Source: a candidate division WOR-3 bacterium | Lineage (GTDB): Bacteria; Hydrothermota; UBA3072; B12-G15 | Assembly: GCA_965649055.1 (NCBI GenBank) | Contig: CBFGJG010000013.1 | Location: forward strand, 1 to 41,777 | Direction of reading: 5' to 3' | DNA length: 41,777 nt | Shown: one piece after another, positions 1 through 12,530 of the stretch | Layout: each line of letters opens with the position of its first letter | Position numbering within the stretch: position 1 is the first letter of the stretch | Program-made: the position numbers and the translations under genes | The notes under the pieces: model-generated | Told to the model about the DNA's origin: nothing | Database searches by the model: none | Seen by the model: the letters and a program-made list of their open reading frames with translations, nothing else

Positions 1-815
1 AAATGGTAATTTCTGTATAACATGGGAGGATTACCGGAATGGGGGTTCTGATATCTATGCCCAGAGGTATAATGCATCAGGAACAGCACAGGGAACGAAT
101 TTCATGGTTAATGATGATGTTGGAACAAATGAACAAGATTATCCATCAATAGCGATGGATTCAGATGGTAATTTCTGTATAGCATGGATAGACAACCGAA
201 ATGGAACGTACATCTATGCCCAGAGGTATGATGCATCAGGAACAGCACAGGGGACGAATTTCATGGTTAGTGATGGTTTAACTGGATATCCTCAATATAA
301 TCCATCAATAGCGATGGATTCAGATGGTAATTTCTGCATAATATGGGTAGATTACCGGAACAATTGGGATGCTGACATCTATGCCCAGATATATAATGCA
401 TCAGGTATACCACAAGGAACAAACTTCAAGGTTAATGACGATGTTGGTGAATATGGTCAATATAATCCATCAATAGCAATGGATTCAAATGGTAATTTCT
501 GTATAACATGGTATGATTACCGGAACAATTGGGATCCAGATATCTATGCCCAGATGTATAATGCATCAGGTATACCACAAGGGACAAACTTCAAGGTTAG
601 TGACGATGTTGGGGGATATGTTCAATATTATCCATCAATAGCGATGGATTCAGATGGTAATTTCTGCATAACATGGGAGGATTACCGGAATGGGGGTTCT
701 GATATCTATGCCCAAATGTATAATGCATCAGGAACAGCACAGGGTAATAATTTCAGGGTTAATGATGATATTGGGGAATATGGACAAGAGAATCCTTCAA
801 TAGGAATGAGTCCTG
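1..815 (+). repeat. Intragenic tandem repeat, at least 5 units of 159-165 bp
   Basis: Units start at about 1, 163, 322, 487 and 652 and share near-identical blocks such as ccatcaatagcgatggattcagatggtaatttctg and atctatgcccag. Confidence 0.9.
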
Positions 816-1405
816 ATGGTAATAACTTTGTGATCACTTGGACCGATTATAGAAATCCTGATGGAGACCCTGAAATAATGGGGCAGAAATATGATAACCT
901 TGGTAATCCTATAGATGCAAATGTTATAATAAATTCTGATTCACTTCCATTTTGGAATCAATGGAATTCCCAAAGAGGTATTGCGTGTAATAACAATATA
1001 ATAGGTTTTGTATGGCTGGATAATCGGAGGAGTAAGGGTTATGATATTTATGCGAAGTTAACAGATTGGGGACTTACGGGTATAGAGGAGGAAGAAGAAG
1101 TTAGTAAATTAATGCAGAATTATCCTAATCCATTTTCAACACAGACTATTATCACCTACTGGGTTTCAAATGATACAAGGTATATTACACTGAAAATCTT
1201 TAATCTTGCAGGTGAGCTGGTTAAAACATTGGTGAATAATGGTCAAGGATTATTATCAGTTGGTAATAAAGGTAAGGTAGTGAAGATGTCAGTTGTATGG
1301 GATGGGAAAGATAGTAATGGTAAACGTGTTCCATCAGGTGTTTACTTTTACGAGTTGAAGACAAATGATTTTAAAGATACAAAGAAGATGATATTGGTGA
1401 AGTAA
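2..1405 (+). CDS. 5'-truncated secreted repeat (beta-propeller-like) protein with C-terminal T9SS type-A/FlgD-Ig-like sorting domain
   Basis: Frame is open from position 2 (NGNFCITWEDYRNGG...) into the listed ORF. It has 53-55 aa repeats (PSIAMDSDGNFCIxWxDYR..IYAQ) and a C-terminal QNYPNPF...WDGKD...GVYFYELK...KKMILVK tail. Confidence 0.8.
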   Translation, partial: NGNFCITWEDYRNGGSDIYAQRYNASGTAQGTNFMVNDDVGTNEQDYPSIAMDSDGNFCIAWIDNRNGTYIYAQRYDASGTAQGTNFMVSDGLTGYPQYNPSIAMDSDGNFCIIWVDYRNNWDADIYAQIYNASGIPQGTNFKVNDDVGEYGQYNPSIAMDSNGNFCITWYDYRNNWDPDIYAQMYNASGIPQGTNFKVSDDVGGYVQYYPSIAMDSDGNFCITWEDYRNGGSDIYAQMYNASGTAQGNNFRVNDDIGEYGQENPSIGMSPDGNNFVITWTDYRNPDGDPEIMGQKYDNLGNPIDANVIINSDSLPFWNQWNSQRGIACNNNIIGFVWLDNRRSKGYDIYAKLTDWGLTGIEEEEEVSKLMQNYPNPFSTQTIITYWVSNDTRYITLKIFNLAGELVKTLVNNGQGLLSVGNKGKVVKMSVVWDGKDSNGKRVPSGVYFYELKTNDFKDTKKMILVK

Positions 1406-1525
1406 GAAAAAGAAGGATTAAGAAAACTAACATTTACAAATTTTAAGGATAAAGTTTTTGTTATTTAATAAATATAAGTTCTAAGATTTTAAGAAGAATT
1501 TAGTACAAACTTATAATACTTTATC

Positions 1526-1553
1526 TTGATTTTTTCTTGATAAAAAATATAAT
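1526..1553 (+). promoter_or_regulatory. Putative sigma70 promoter TTGATT-N16-TATAAT
   Basis: Motif match upstream of the lipoate ligase, with the same geometry as other promoters in the window. Confidence 0.55.
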
Positions 1554-1627
1554 ATTTTTTACTTGCGGAAAGAGGATTCAAAAAACTTTTAAAAAGATAA
1601 AATTGTTAAAAAATAAGGTGAAGAAAT

Positions 1628-3181
1628 TTGAAATACAGGGTAATTGATACGAATCATAAGAACGCTGCTTGGAATATGGCAATGGATGAGGTTATGCTTG
1701 AACTTGGAGATAGGATACCACCTACAATAAGATTCCTTTCTTTTTCCCCACATTGTGCACTTGTTGGGAATTTTCAGTCAGTAGAACAGGAAATAAGGGT
1801 TAAGTATTGTAAAGAAAATGGTATTGATATAAACAGGAGGATAACAGGTGGAGGTGCAATTTATTTTGATGAATCACAGATTGGTTGGGAGATAATTGGC
1901 AAAATAGATGAATTTAAAATGAATCTTCAGGAGATGAATGAATTGTTTGGTAATATATGTGCTTATGCCTTGCAAAAATTGGGTATAAATGCAGTTTTTA
2001 AATTAAGAAATGATGTCGAAGTGAACGGAAGAAAAATATCAGGAATGGGTGGTGCTATATATAAAGGAAATTTTCTTTTTCAGGGAACTTTGCTTGTACA
2101 GGACAGGATTGAGAAGATGCTTTATGCGTTGAAGGTTCCTATAGAGAAATTAAAACCAAAAGAGATAGATTCAGTAAGAGAAAGGGTTACGTGCTTAGAA
2201 TATGAATTGGGCAGGATACCTGAAAGGGAGGAACTTAAAAATATCTTTAAAGATGCATTTATTGAAAAACTTGGTATTGAATTATATGATGGTGAGTTAA
2301 CAGATGAAGAGATAAATTTACATAATAAATATTTGCCATATTATTCATCTTTGGAATGGATAGATAAGATAAAACTACCTAAAAATACACAGGGATTAAT
2401 CAAATCAGTTTACAGGTCTGGATTCGGGACAGTTAAGGTTAATGCCATTATTAACACAAGACAGAGGATGATTCGTTCAATACTTGTAACAGGTGATTTC
2501 TTTGAAGACAAAAGGAAAATCCTTGATTTTGAGAGGATGATAAAGAATGTATCAATAAATAAAAAAAATATAAATGATATTATAAATAAATTTTTTGATG
2601 ATGAAGATGAAAAGGAATCTTTTAATGGTTGCTTTGATGAGATATTTAGAAAAATAGAACTTTTGAAGTTAAAATTTAGCCCGAATGAAGTGAATAAGAT
2701 TTTTACCGTGAATTTAGAGGATATTCAGGATTTTTCCCCTGAGGTTTTCCTCCTGCCATACTGTTCAAAGAAATCAGGATGTGTTTACAGGAGAAAGAAT
2801 GATTGTCTTATATGTGGGAAATGCAGCGTTGGGGATGCATATAGAATTTCTTATGATTTTAATCTTAAACCAATAACCATTTTAAGTTTTGAAAACCTGC
2901 TTTACAATTTTGAGATAATGAAAAGGAAAGGTATCAAAGATTATATAGGAAGTTGTTGTGAGGCATTCTTTATAAAACATCAGGAAGAATTCAGGGAATC
3001 CGGATTAAGAGGGATACTTATTGATATTGAAAATTCAACCTGTTATGAACTTGGTAAGGCAAAGGAGGCGTATTTGGGAAGATTTGAGAGCGAAACTTCT
3101 TTGAATCTTGGATTGATAAGGAAGGTTTTGAAAAATATATTAAGAGGAAGAAGTAAAAAATTATCCCTTGATTCATTGTAG
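1628..3181 (+). CDS. lplA: Lipoate-protein ligase A family protein fused to a Cys-rich DUF116-like domain
   Basis: NMAMDE, RRITGGGAIYFD, NDVEVNGRKISG and FQGTLL motifs. The C-terminus has LPYCSK..C..CLICGKC..GSCC..C. Confidence 0.8.
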   Translation: MKYRVIDTNHKNAAWNMAMDEVMLELGDRIPPTIRFLSFSPHCALVGNFQSVEQEIRVKYCKENGIDINRRITGGGAIYFDESQIGWEIIGKIDEFKMNLQEMNELFGNICAYALQKLGINAVFKLRNDVEVNGRKISGMGGAIYKGNFLFQGTLLVQDRIEKMLYALKVPIEKLKPKEIDSVRERVTCLEYELGRIPEREELKNIFKDAFIEKLGIELYDGELTDEEINLHNKYLPYYSSLEWIDKIKLPKNTQGLIKSVYRSGFGTVKVNAIINTRQRMIRSILVTGDFFEDKRKILDFERMIKNVSINKKNINDIINKFFDDEDEKESFNGCFDEIFRKIELLKLKFSPNEVNKIFTVNLEDIQDFSPEVFLLPYCSKKSGCVYRRKNDCLICGKCSVGDAYRISYDFNLKPITILSFENLLYNFEIMKRKGIKDYIGSCCEAFFIKHQEEFRESGLRGILIDIENSTCYELGKAKEAYLGRFESETSLNLGLIRKVLKNILRGRSKKLSLDSL

Positions 3182-3201
3182 ATATAAAGAGAATAAAATC
3201 A

Positions 3202-3229
3202 TTGACACAAAAAGATTATATTGTAGAAT
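3202..3229 (+). promoter_or_regulatory. Putative sigma70 promoter of the ATP synthase operon, TTGACA-N16-TAGAAT
   Basis: Consensus -35 and near-consensus -10 upstream of an AGGAG Shine-Dalgarno (SD). Confidence 0.65.
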
Positions 3230-3273
3230 TTAGAATAAAGATTTATATAATTTTAACATAAAAAGGAGTGTTT

Positions 3274-3582
3274 ATGGAATTTGATATGATAAAAGAGATA
3301 AAGGAAGCAGAGAATAAGGCAAAAGAGATGGTTGAAGATGCAAAGAAAAAGGCGAGGGAAATGATAATGAATGCAGAAAAACAGGCTAAAGAAATAATTG
3401 AAAATGTAGAAAAAGAGGTTAAGAATATATTAAAAGAGGCAAAAGAAACCGGAGAAAAAGAGGGTGAAAAGATAGTTAAAAAAATGAGAGAGGAACTTCC
3501 AAAAAAAATTGAAGAGATAGAGAAAAAATCAAAGGAAAAAATAGATAAGGTTGTTGAAAAAATATTAAAAGAATTTGAATAA
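3274..3582 (+). CDS. A/V-type ATP synthase subunit G/H (peripheral stalk)
   Basis: Charged coiled coil (IKEAENKAKEMVEDAKK) and first gene of the operon. ATG 3274 lies 5 nt after SD AGGAG. Confidence 0.8.
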   Translation: MEFDMIKEIKEAENKAKEMVEDAKKKAREMIMNAEKQAKEIIENVEKEVKNILKEAKETGEKEGEKIVKKMREELPKKIEEIEKKSKEKIDKVVEKILKEFE

Positions 3583-5541
3583 ATGGGTGTAAAAAAGATA
3601 AAAAAAATAAATATAGTAATACATAATGCCGAGATTGATAAATTTCTTAACGATATTCAGGAAAAATGTATTTTACATATAAGTGATATATCAAAATCAA
3701 TCCCTGATGAATATTTTAAGGATATTCAGTTTAAAGAAGAAGAACTTGAGAACAAGGTTAAAAAGATAGAAGAAGCAATAAAAATACTTGAAAAATATGA
3801 AAAAAATAAAGATATACTGAGTAATTTCGTCGATATAAGATATGAGATTTCAGAAGATGATTACAATAGATTAATAAAAGAATTCAATGATGATATTCTT
3901 AATGAGGTATTGAAACTAAATAATGAGGAACACGCGTTGATTATGAAGAAAGAAAGCGCGAAAAATGATAGAATGAAACTTAAGAAATGGAAAGATTTGA
4001 AGATTCCAGTAGAAGAGATAAGAGAAGGAACGGATTATTCTTTAAATCTTGTATTGATTAAGAATAAAAATTTCGAAGAGGTTGAATCAAGATTCAAAGA
4101 TGAAATTGTTGATATTATCCCTATTTTTAAAGATAAGACAGAAAATGGTATTCTTTTTGTTTATCCTAAGAGTGAAAAAGATAATTTTTTTAAGATACTT
4201 GGCGAATTTGACTATGAAATAATTGACTTTTCAATGTTCAAAGGAACAATTTCTGAAAATATTAAATCAATTGATGAGTTAGAAAAAAAACTTGATCTAA
4301 GGATTAAAGAGATTAGAAAAAGACTTGAAGAATTGAGCACAAAAAAAATGGTATTCATTGTTGCATTCGAATATTATAATACAGAACTAACAAGAAGAAC
4401 CGTAAGGGAAAAATTCCTAAATTCTGAAAATTTCTCTTTCATAACAGGCTGGATAAAATATGAGGATGAAAAGGAAATTACTAAAATCCTTAAAAAATTC
4501 TCACATATAGACTATAAGATATCAGAACCTTTAAAAAATGATGATGTCCCTGTTATTATTGATAATCCAAAGATAACAAGACCATTTGAAGCAGTAACAA
4601 ATATGTATGGTCTTCCGAAATATAACGAGGTTGACCCTTCAACATATCTTGCTCCATTCTTCGCAATAATATTTGCATTCTGTTTTTCTGATGCAGGTTA
4701 TGGTATAATTTTATCCCTTGTATGTTTCTTCCTTCTAAAAAGGCTGAAAGGCGGTGAAAAATACCTCTGGATATTTATAATATCAGGAATTTTTACTGTT
4801 TTTATCGGTATCCTTCTTGGTAGTTTTTTTGGTGATATTGATTCGGTTCTTCCATTCTTAAAGAATATTCGTGAAAAGACAATGTGGTTTGACCCTTTTA
4901 AGGAACCTATCAAATTCTTTATACTTTCATTGGGAATAGGTATAACCCAGATAATATATGGTTTCATAATAAGTGCTATATTCAGGTTAAAAAGAAAGGA
5001 ATATATAGATTTTATAGGTAATGAATTTGCCTGGTTATTTTTCTGGATTTATATTATTGTTATATTATTGTTATCATTTTTAAAGAAGATAAGTTTTTCA
5101 CCGATTTTTCTGATTCCTCTTGTATTACCTGTCATTCTCATACTTCTTTTTGGTTGGCGTGGAAGAAATATTTTTATTTCATTCCTTAAAGGATTCTATA
5201 AACTGTACAGTGGTTTCTTTGGTATGATCGGTGATGTTTTATCATACTCAAGAATTATGGCACTTGGTATGGTATCAGGCGGTATTGCTATGTCTATTAA
5301 TATTATAGTGAATCTCATGAAACAGATACCGGTTATTGGATTTGTGATTGCTATTATAATTTTTTTATTAGGCCATACAATAAGTGCTGGTTTGAATGTC
5401 CTTGGTGCGTTTGTCCATACAATAAGGTTGCAATATGTTGAATTCTTCACCAAATTTTATGAAGGTGGTGGAGAACCTTTCCAGCCTTTTGGAAAATCAG
5501 AAAAATTTATCTTGTTAAGAAAATTAAAAAAGGAGGTTTGA
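3583..5541 (+). CDS. ntpI: A/V-type ATP synthase subunit I (a)
   Basis: PFE..YGLPKYNEVDP, DAGYG, DVLSYSRIMALG and HTIRLQYVEFF motifs. Confidence 0.95.
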   Translation: MGVKKIKKINIVIHNAEIDKFLNDIQEKCILHISDISKSIPDEYFKDIQFKEEELENKVKKIEEAIKILEKYEKNKDILSNFVDIRYEISEDDYNRLIKEFNDDILNEVLKLNNEEHALIMKKESAKNDRMKLKKWKDLKIPVEEIREGTDYSLNLVLIKNKNFEEVESRFKDEIVDIIPIFKDKTENGILFVYPKSEKDNFFKILGEFDYEIIDFSMFKGTISENIKSIDELEKKLDLRIKEIRKRLEELSTKKMVFIVAFEYYNTELTRRTVREKFLNSENFSFITGWIKYEDEKEITKILKKFSHIDYKISEPLKNDDVPVIIDNPKITRPFEAVTNMYGLPKYNEVDPSTYLAPFFAIIFAFCFSDAGYGIILSLVCFFLLKRLKGGEKYLWIFIISGIFTVFIGILLGSFFGDIDSVLPFLKNIREKTMWFDPFKEPIKFFILSLGIGITQIIYGFIISAIFRLKRKEYIDFIGNEFAWLFFWIYIIVILLLSFLKKISFSPIFLIPLVLPVILILLFGWRGRNIFISFLKGFYKLYSGFFGMIGDVLSYSRIMALGMVSGGIAMSINIIVNLMKQIPVIGFVIAIIIFLLGHTISAGLNVLGAFVHTIRLQYVEFFTKFYEGGGEPFQPFGKSEKFILLRKLKKEV

Positions 5542-6005
5542 TGTCTGGTTTCTTTATCGCTATGTTAGGAGCAGGTATTGCCGCACTTTTTGCAGGTTTT
5601 GGTTCAAGCCTTGGTGTAAGTTATCCCGGAAGGGCAGCAGCAGGTGTTTTATCAGAAGACCCTAATAAATTTGGAAGGCTTTTCTTGCTTGTTGCATTAC
5701 CGGGAACACAGGGTTTCTATGGCTTCATTATTGCCCTTTTTATAGTTCTTAAAATAGGTCTTCTTGGTAATCCATTGTTTGATATGGATGTTGCAAAAGG
5801 AATACAGTATCTCATCGCATCTTTACCCGTTGGATTAATAGGACTCATATCAGGTATTTTTCAGGGTAAGGTATGTGCAGCAGGTGTTGAGATGAGTGCA
5901 AAAAGGCCTGAAGCAACTATGAAGGCTGTAATATATGCGGCAATGGTTGAAACATATGCTATTCTGGGGCTTTTAACTTCTCTATTCCTAATATTAAAAT
6001 TATGA
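5541..6005 (+). CDS. ntpK: A/V-type ATP synthase subunit K (c), two-hairpin
   Basis: Hydrophobic, with LPGTQGFYG and MVETYAILG. AGGAGG SD and TGATG overlap with subunit I. Confidence 0.95.
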   Translation: MSGFFIAMLGAGIAALFAGFGSSLGVSYPGRAAAGVLSEDPNKFGRLFLLVALPGTQGFYGFIIALFIVLKIGLLGNPLFDMDVAKGIQYLIASLPVGLIGLISGIFQGKVCAAGVEMSAKRPEATMKAVIYAAMVETYAILGLLTSLFLILKL

Positions 6006-6012
6006 GGTCAAG

Positions 6013-6585
6013 ATGAGCAAGGTAAAGGATAAGATACTCCACGATGCTCAAAAAGAATGTGAAAAAATACTAAACGATGCGAAAAAAGAGGTTGAAAAGA
6101 TTATCTCTGATGCGAATCAAAAAAAAGAACAGATGATACATGAAGCTTTGATTCAAAAGGAAAAAATCATAAAAAGTGAAGCTGAAAGAAAGAGAATATT
6201 TGAAGAGGTTGAAGAGAACAAATTAATATTGCTTAAGAAAAAGGAAATCCTTGATGAAGTTTCTAATAGCATAAAGAAAAGAATGCTTGGATGGAACGAA
6301 ACAAAATATATTGATTTCATAATTAAAAATCTCAGTTCCTTTATCTCAAATGAGAAGGATGAACTTATAGTAGGTAAGATTCATTCAAAAAAATTAAGAA
6401 AGGCAATTGAAAAATATTCCAAGAACAAAGGATTGAAATTTACTCTTTCAAATGAAGATGGTAATTTTGAATTTGGTTTCATTGTAAATAGAAAGAAAAT
6501 ACAGAGTCGTTTTACATTAGACGATATTATAGAAGAAATAAACGAAAATAAAGGAGCAATGATAGTGGAGGAGATTTTTGGATAA
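6013..6585 (+). CDS. ntpE: A/V-type ATP synthase subunit E
   Basis: N-terminal coiled coil, C-terminal FGFIV strand and operon position. Confidence 0.8.
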   Translation: MSKVKDKILHDAQKECEKILNDAKKEVEKIISDANQKKEQMIHEALIQKEKIIKSEAERKRIFEEVEENKLILLKKKEILDEVSNSIKKRMLGWNETKYIDFIIKNLSSFISNEKDELIVGKIHSKKLRKAIEKYSKNKGLKFTLSNEDGNFEFGFIVNRKKIQSRFTLDDIIEEINENKGAMIVEEIFG

Positions 6586-7591
6586 GATTTTGGAACATTT
6601 TCCACAGAGGTTTATTGAAAATCCTGAATATGCATATTCTCTTGGTAGGGTTAGAAGCCTTGAGATCCACATTCTTGATATTTCTGATTATGAAAGGATG
6701 GCTAATTCGGATATTAAAGAGATTCCAAAAATCCTTGTTGAGAGTGATTTTTCAATGGAAGTGAACCTTTTATTGAATCAGAATACATTAGAGAATACAC
6801 TTAATAAACACAAAATGATAATCTTTGGACTTATGGATGAACTGATTCCAGAGGAAAGGATAAAAATTTCGTTTAGGATGGATTACGATTTCTATAACGC
6901 AAAGATACTTCTTCTTGAGAAAATATTTGATATTAAGATTTCAGAACCCTTACCATTTGGGAATATAAACCCTGATAGATTGAAATATATATTAACGGAA
7001 GAAAAATATGAGCTATTACCTGATTATTTAAAGGATGCTGTCCAGGAAGCAATAAAGGTTTATTATGATAAAAAAGAAAAAAGGTTTATAGATTTTGTAT
7101 TTGATAAATCTTATCTTGATTATATCTGCGTCAATTCTTATCCACCATTTCTTCAGGATTATTTCAGAATTTTAGCGGATATCTCGAATCTAAGTTCTTT
7201 AATAAGGATTAAATACATGAATGAAGATTTGAGTTTATTAAACTACATATTATCAGAAGGTGGTTTTATCCCGTTAGAATTATTATTTTCGCTTTCAAAA
7301 AAAGAGATTTCTGAAATACCCAATTACATGAAAAGATGGATTTATTTTAAACCACTTGATGAAGGGGTAAAATTTTTGAATGAAAAAAACTCTTTTGTGA
7401 AGTTGGAAAACTTGTTCAATAAATTAGTCTGTGAGTATCTTGATACAACAAAATATATATCTTTGGGTCCTGAACCTGTTGTTGCTTATATTCTAAAAAA
7501 ATTGATTGAGATTAAAAACATAAGAATAGTATTAATAGGAAAATTTTATAATGTTAAAAATAATGAAATAATTGAGAGGATAATAGTATGA
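6578..7591 (+). CDS. ntpC: A/V-type ATP synthase subunit C
   Basis: YAYSLGRVRSLE, YDFYNAK and GPEPVVAYILKKLIEIKNIRIV motifs. Confidence 0.88.
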   Translation: MDKILEHFPQRFIENPEYAYSLGRVRSLEIHILDISDYERMANSDIKEIPKILVESDFSMEVNLLLNQNTLENTLNKHKMIIFGLMDELIPEERIKISFRMDYDFYNAKILLLEKIFDIKISEPLPFGNINPDRLKYILTEEKYELLPDYLKDAVQEAIKVYYDKKEKRFIDFVFDKSYLDYICVNSYPPFLQDYFRILADISNLSSLIRIKYMNEDLSLLNYILSEGGFIPLELLFSLSKKEISEIPNYMKRWIYFKPLDEGVKFLNEKNSFVKLENLFNKLVCEYLDTTKYISLGPEPVVAYILKKLIEIKNIRIVLIGKFYNVKNNEIIERIIV

Positions 7592-7888
7592 AGATAGCTG
7601 CTTTTGGTCCAGAGGAACTTATTGAACCATTTAAGGCAATTGGTATAGAAACTTTTTCAAGTGGTGAAAACAACGAAGAGATACTGAAAACGATAATTTC
7701 TAAGGGTTATAATTTGATATTGATAACAGAAAATGTCCTTGCGACATTTAACTATCTTGACTATATTTATTTACCTGAAGTTACATTACTTCCTATCCCG
7801 GGAATTTACAAGGAAAAAGAGGGGATAGGGAAGAAAATATTAAGGGATGTTATAAGAAAAGCAGTTGGAATAGAAGTGGGAGGAATGA

Positions 7889-7896
<8 letters not shown>
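7588..7896 (+). CDS. ntpF: A/V-type ATP synthase subunit F
   Basis: MKIAAFG..FKAIG..LILITE..PIPG..IRKAVG. Confidence 0.9.
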
Positions 7897-9644
<1,748 letters not shown>

Positions 9645-9661
<17 letters not shown>

Positions 9662-11018
9662 GACTATAAATAACATTGCAGGTCCACTTATTTTAGTGGA
9701 AGAAGTAGAAGGTGCAAAATATGGTGAACTTGTTGAAATAATTTTACCTGATGGTGAAAAAAGGAACGGGCAGATTCTCGAACTCAATCGTGATAAGGCA
9801 TTGATACAGGTTTTTGAAGGAACACAGGGAATTGATATTGATAAGACAATAGTGAAGTTCAAAGGAAAGGTCATAGAGTTAACCCTATCAAAAGATATAC
9901 TTGGAAGATTTTTTAACGGGCTTGGGAAGCCAATTGATGGTGGGCCAGAAATTATTTCGCCAGTAAAAAGGGATATAAATGGGGCACCAATAAATCCATA
10001 TGCAAGAGAATACCCTAATGAGTTCATACAGACGGGTATATCTGTCATAGATGGGCTCAATCCGCTTGTCAGAGGACAGAAATTACCATTTTTCTCAGGT
10101 TCAGGTCTTCCACATAACAGGCTTGCTGCACAGCTTGCAAGGCAGGCAAAAGTTCTTGGTAAAGAGGAGGAGTTTGCTGTTGTTTTTGGTGCTATGGGAA
10201 TAACATATGAAGAAGCAAATTTCTTTATTGAAGATTTTAAAAAAACAGGTGCAATCCAAAAGGTGGTTATGTTTATAAATCTTGCAGATGACCCGGCAAT
10301 TGAAAGGATTGCTACACCAAGGGTTGCATTGACTGCAGCAGAATACCTTGCATTTGATCTCGATATGCATGTCCTTGTTATTTTAACAGATATGACCAAT
10401 TATTGCGAGGCATTAAGGGAGATATCTGCTGCAAGAAAGGAGATACCTGGAAGGAGAGGTTATCCTGGTTATCTCTATACAGACCTTTCAACAATATATG
10501 AGAGGGCTGGAAGAATAAAAGGTAAAAAGGGTTCGATAACACTTGTTCCTGTTCTGACAATGCCCGAAGATGATAAAACACATCCAATACCAGACCTGAC
10601 GGGTTATATAACTGAAGGACAGATAATATTTTCAAGGATACTCCACAGGAAAAAAGTCTCTCCTCCAGTTGATGTCTTACCATCACTTTCAAGATTAAAA
10701 GATAAAGGTATTGGAAAGGGAAAGACAAGGGAAGACCATGCGGACCTTTATAACCAGCTCTATGCAGCATATGCAAGAGGCAAAGAAGCAGAAGAATTAT
10801 CAGTGATACTTGGCGAAGCAGCACTTTCGGATATGGATAAACTTTATTTGAAATTTGCAAATGAGTTTGAAGAGAAATATGTGAGCCAGGGTGAATACGA
10901 AGATAGGAGTATTGAAGAGACACTTAACCTTGGATGGAAGTTGTTGAGGATGTTCCCAAAGATAGAACTTAAGAGGATAAGGGAAGAATTTATTGAAAAA
11001 TATTACGGTGAAAAATGA
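9645..11018 (+). CDS. ntpB: A/V-type ATP synthase subunit B
   Basis: [30 protein letters not shown] and [16 protein letters not shown] motifs. Confidence 0.98.
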
Positions 11019-11632
11019 GGATAGTTAACGCAACAAGAATGGAACTTTTGAATCAGAAAAAAAGGCTTGCTATTGCGAGAAGAGGTCATAAACTTTTGAA
11101 AGATAAAAGGGATGAACTTATGAGGGCAATACAGCTTCTTTTGAAGGAGATATTCCAGCTAAGAATCGAGGTAGAAAAGGATTTGAATGAAGCTATGAGC
11201 AGGTTTGCACTTGCAAAATCAACTTTAGAACCTTCTTTTCTTTTAGACCTTTTCATATCAAAAGAAGCTGAGTTTTCTGTGAGTGTCTCCCATAAAAATA
11301 TAATGAATGTGAAGATCCCAAGGTATGAACATATATTTAAAGGAAGATTGAATTCTTATGGATTCCTTCACACATCTGGCGAGATTGATATTGCATTAAA
11401 GAAACTTGAAGAGGTTATTGAAAAGATGATAAAACTTGCAGAGAAAGAAAAAGGTTTGATAATGCTTTCAGAAGAGATGGTGAAGACAAGAAGAAGGGTT
11501 AACGCACTTGAATACAAAATAATACCAGAGACAGAAGAGGTTATAAAATTTATTAACTTTAAACTGAATGAAATTGAAAAAAGCAATATTTCAAGACTGA
11601 TGAGAATAAAGGATGTTATCAGAAAACAGTAA
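11015..11632 (+). CDS. ntpD: A/V-type ATP synthase subunit D
   Basis: [31 protein letters not shown]. Confidence 0.95.
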   Translation: MRIVNATRMELLNQKKRLAIARRGHKLLKDKRDELMRAIQLLLKEIFQLRIEVEKDLNEAMSRFALAKSTLEPSFLLDLFISKEAEFSVSVSHKNIMNVKIPRYEHIFKGRLNSYGFLHTSGEIDIALKKLEEVIEKMIKLAEKEKGLIMLSEEMVKTRRRVNALEYKIIPETEEVIKFINFKLNEIEKSNISRLMRIKDVIRKQ

Positions 11633-12530
11633 TAAATTAAGGGTTGCAGATTTACATTCTGACTTTTTAAGCTGTATGAGGTATAAAAAAGAATGTGTTA
11701 CCTCACCTGAAAGGTTGAAGAATTCTCCTGTAAAAATTCAGTTTTTCTCTATCTTCTTTATGCCGAAAGAGCAGAATTTTATTATGCTTATGAGGGAATT
11801 AAAATCAATAGTTCGGTTGATGAAAGAAAACGATGTTGAATGGGGTAGAACATTAAATGAAATTGTTGGGAATTTAGATACTGAGAAGGTTATTGCAATA
11901 CCGTGTGTTGAAGGTGCAGAGATATTAAATCTTTTCCCTTCAAAAGATTGGGTCTTATGGATAGGTGTTAGATACATAACACTTACATGGAATTTTAGTA
12001 ACAGGTATGCTGATGCTGCACTTGATAATGAAAGAAATAAAGGTGTCTCAATAGAAGGAAGAGAACTAATAAGATGGATGGATTCAAAAAGAATACTTGT
12101 AGACGTATCACATATTTCAGAAAAGTCTTTTATAGATGTGATTGATAACACTACATTACCTGTTATTGCAAGCCACTCCAATGCCTATACACTTTGTGAG
12201 CATCCCAGGAATCTTAAAGATTATCAGATAAAAGAGATTGCTGATACAGGTGGTGTTATAGGTATTAATTTTTGTGTAAACTTTCTTGGTGAAGGTGATG
12301 GTCTGGATAAGATTGTTGAACATATAAAATATATTTCATCACTTGTAGGGACTGATTTTGTTGCTATAGGTTCAGATTTTGATGGTGCAAAAACACCTGA
12401 TGACATGAAAGGTCCTGGAGATTATTTTAAGTTAAGAGAGAAACTTGAAATAAATGGATTCTCAAATTCTGAAATCGAAAAGATTTTCTTCAATAATATA
12501 TTAAGGGTTATCAAAGAAATCAACAGGTGA
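11613..12530 (+). CDS. Membrane dipeptidase (peptidase M19)
   Basis: DLHSD, VEGAE, TLTWN, DVSH, SHSN..HPRNL and GSDFDG motifs. Confidence 0.9.
   Translation: MLSENSNKLRVADLHSDFLSCMRYKKECVTSPERLKNSPVKIQFFSIFFMPKEQNFIMLMRELKSIVRLMKENDVEWGRTLNEIVGNLDTEKVIAIPCVEGAEILNLFPSKDWVLWIGVRYITLTWNFSNRYADAALDNERNKGVSIEGRELIRWMDSKRILVDVSHISEKSFIDVIDNTTLPVIASHSNAYTLCEHPRNLKDYQIKEIADTGGVIGINFCVNFLGEGDGLDKIVEHIKYISSLVGTDFVAIGSDFDGAKTPDDMKGPGDYFKLREKLEINGFSNSEIEKIFFNNILRVIKEINR

Noticed and set aside
1..815. Possible CRISPR array or DGR template/variable repeat
   Set aside because: Repeats are in-frame coding units without unique spacers, differences are not adenine-restricted, and no reverse transcriptase or cas gene is in the window.
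1406..1627. Imperfect inverted repeat (GATAAAGT / ACTTTATC) in the intergenic region; possible riboswitch
   Set aside because: Short, very AT-rich, expected by chance, and no recognisable RNA motif.
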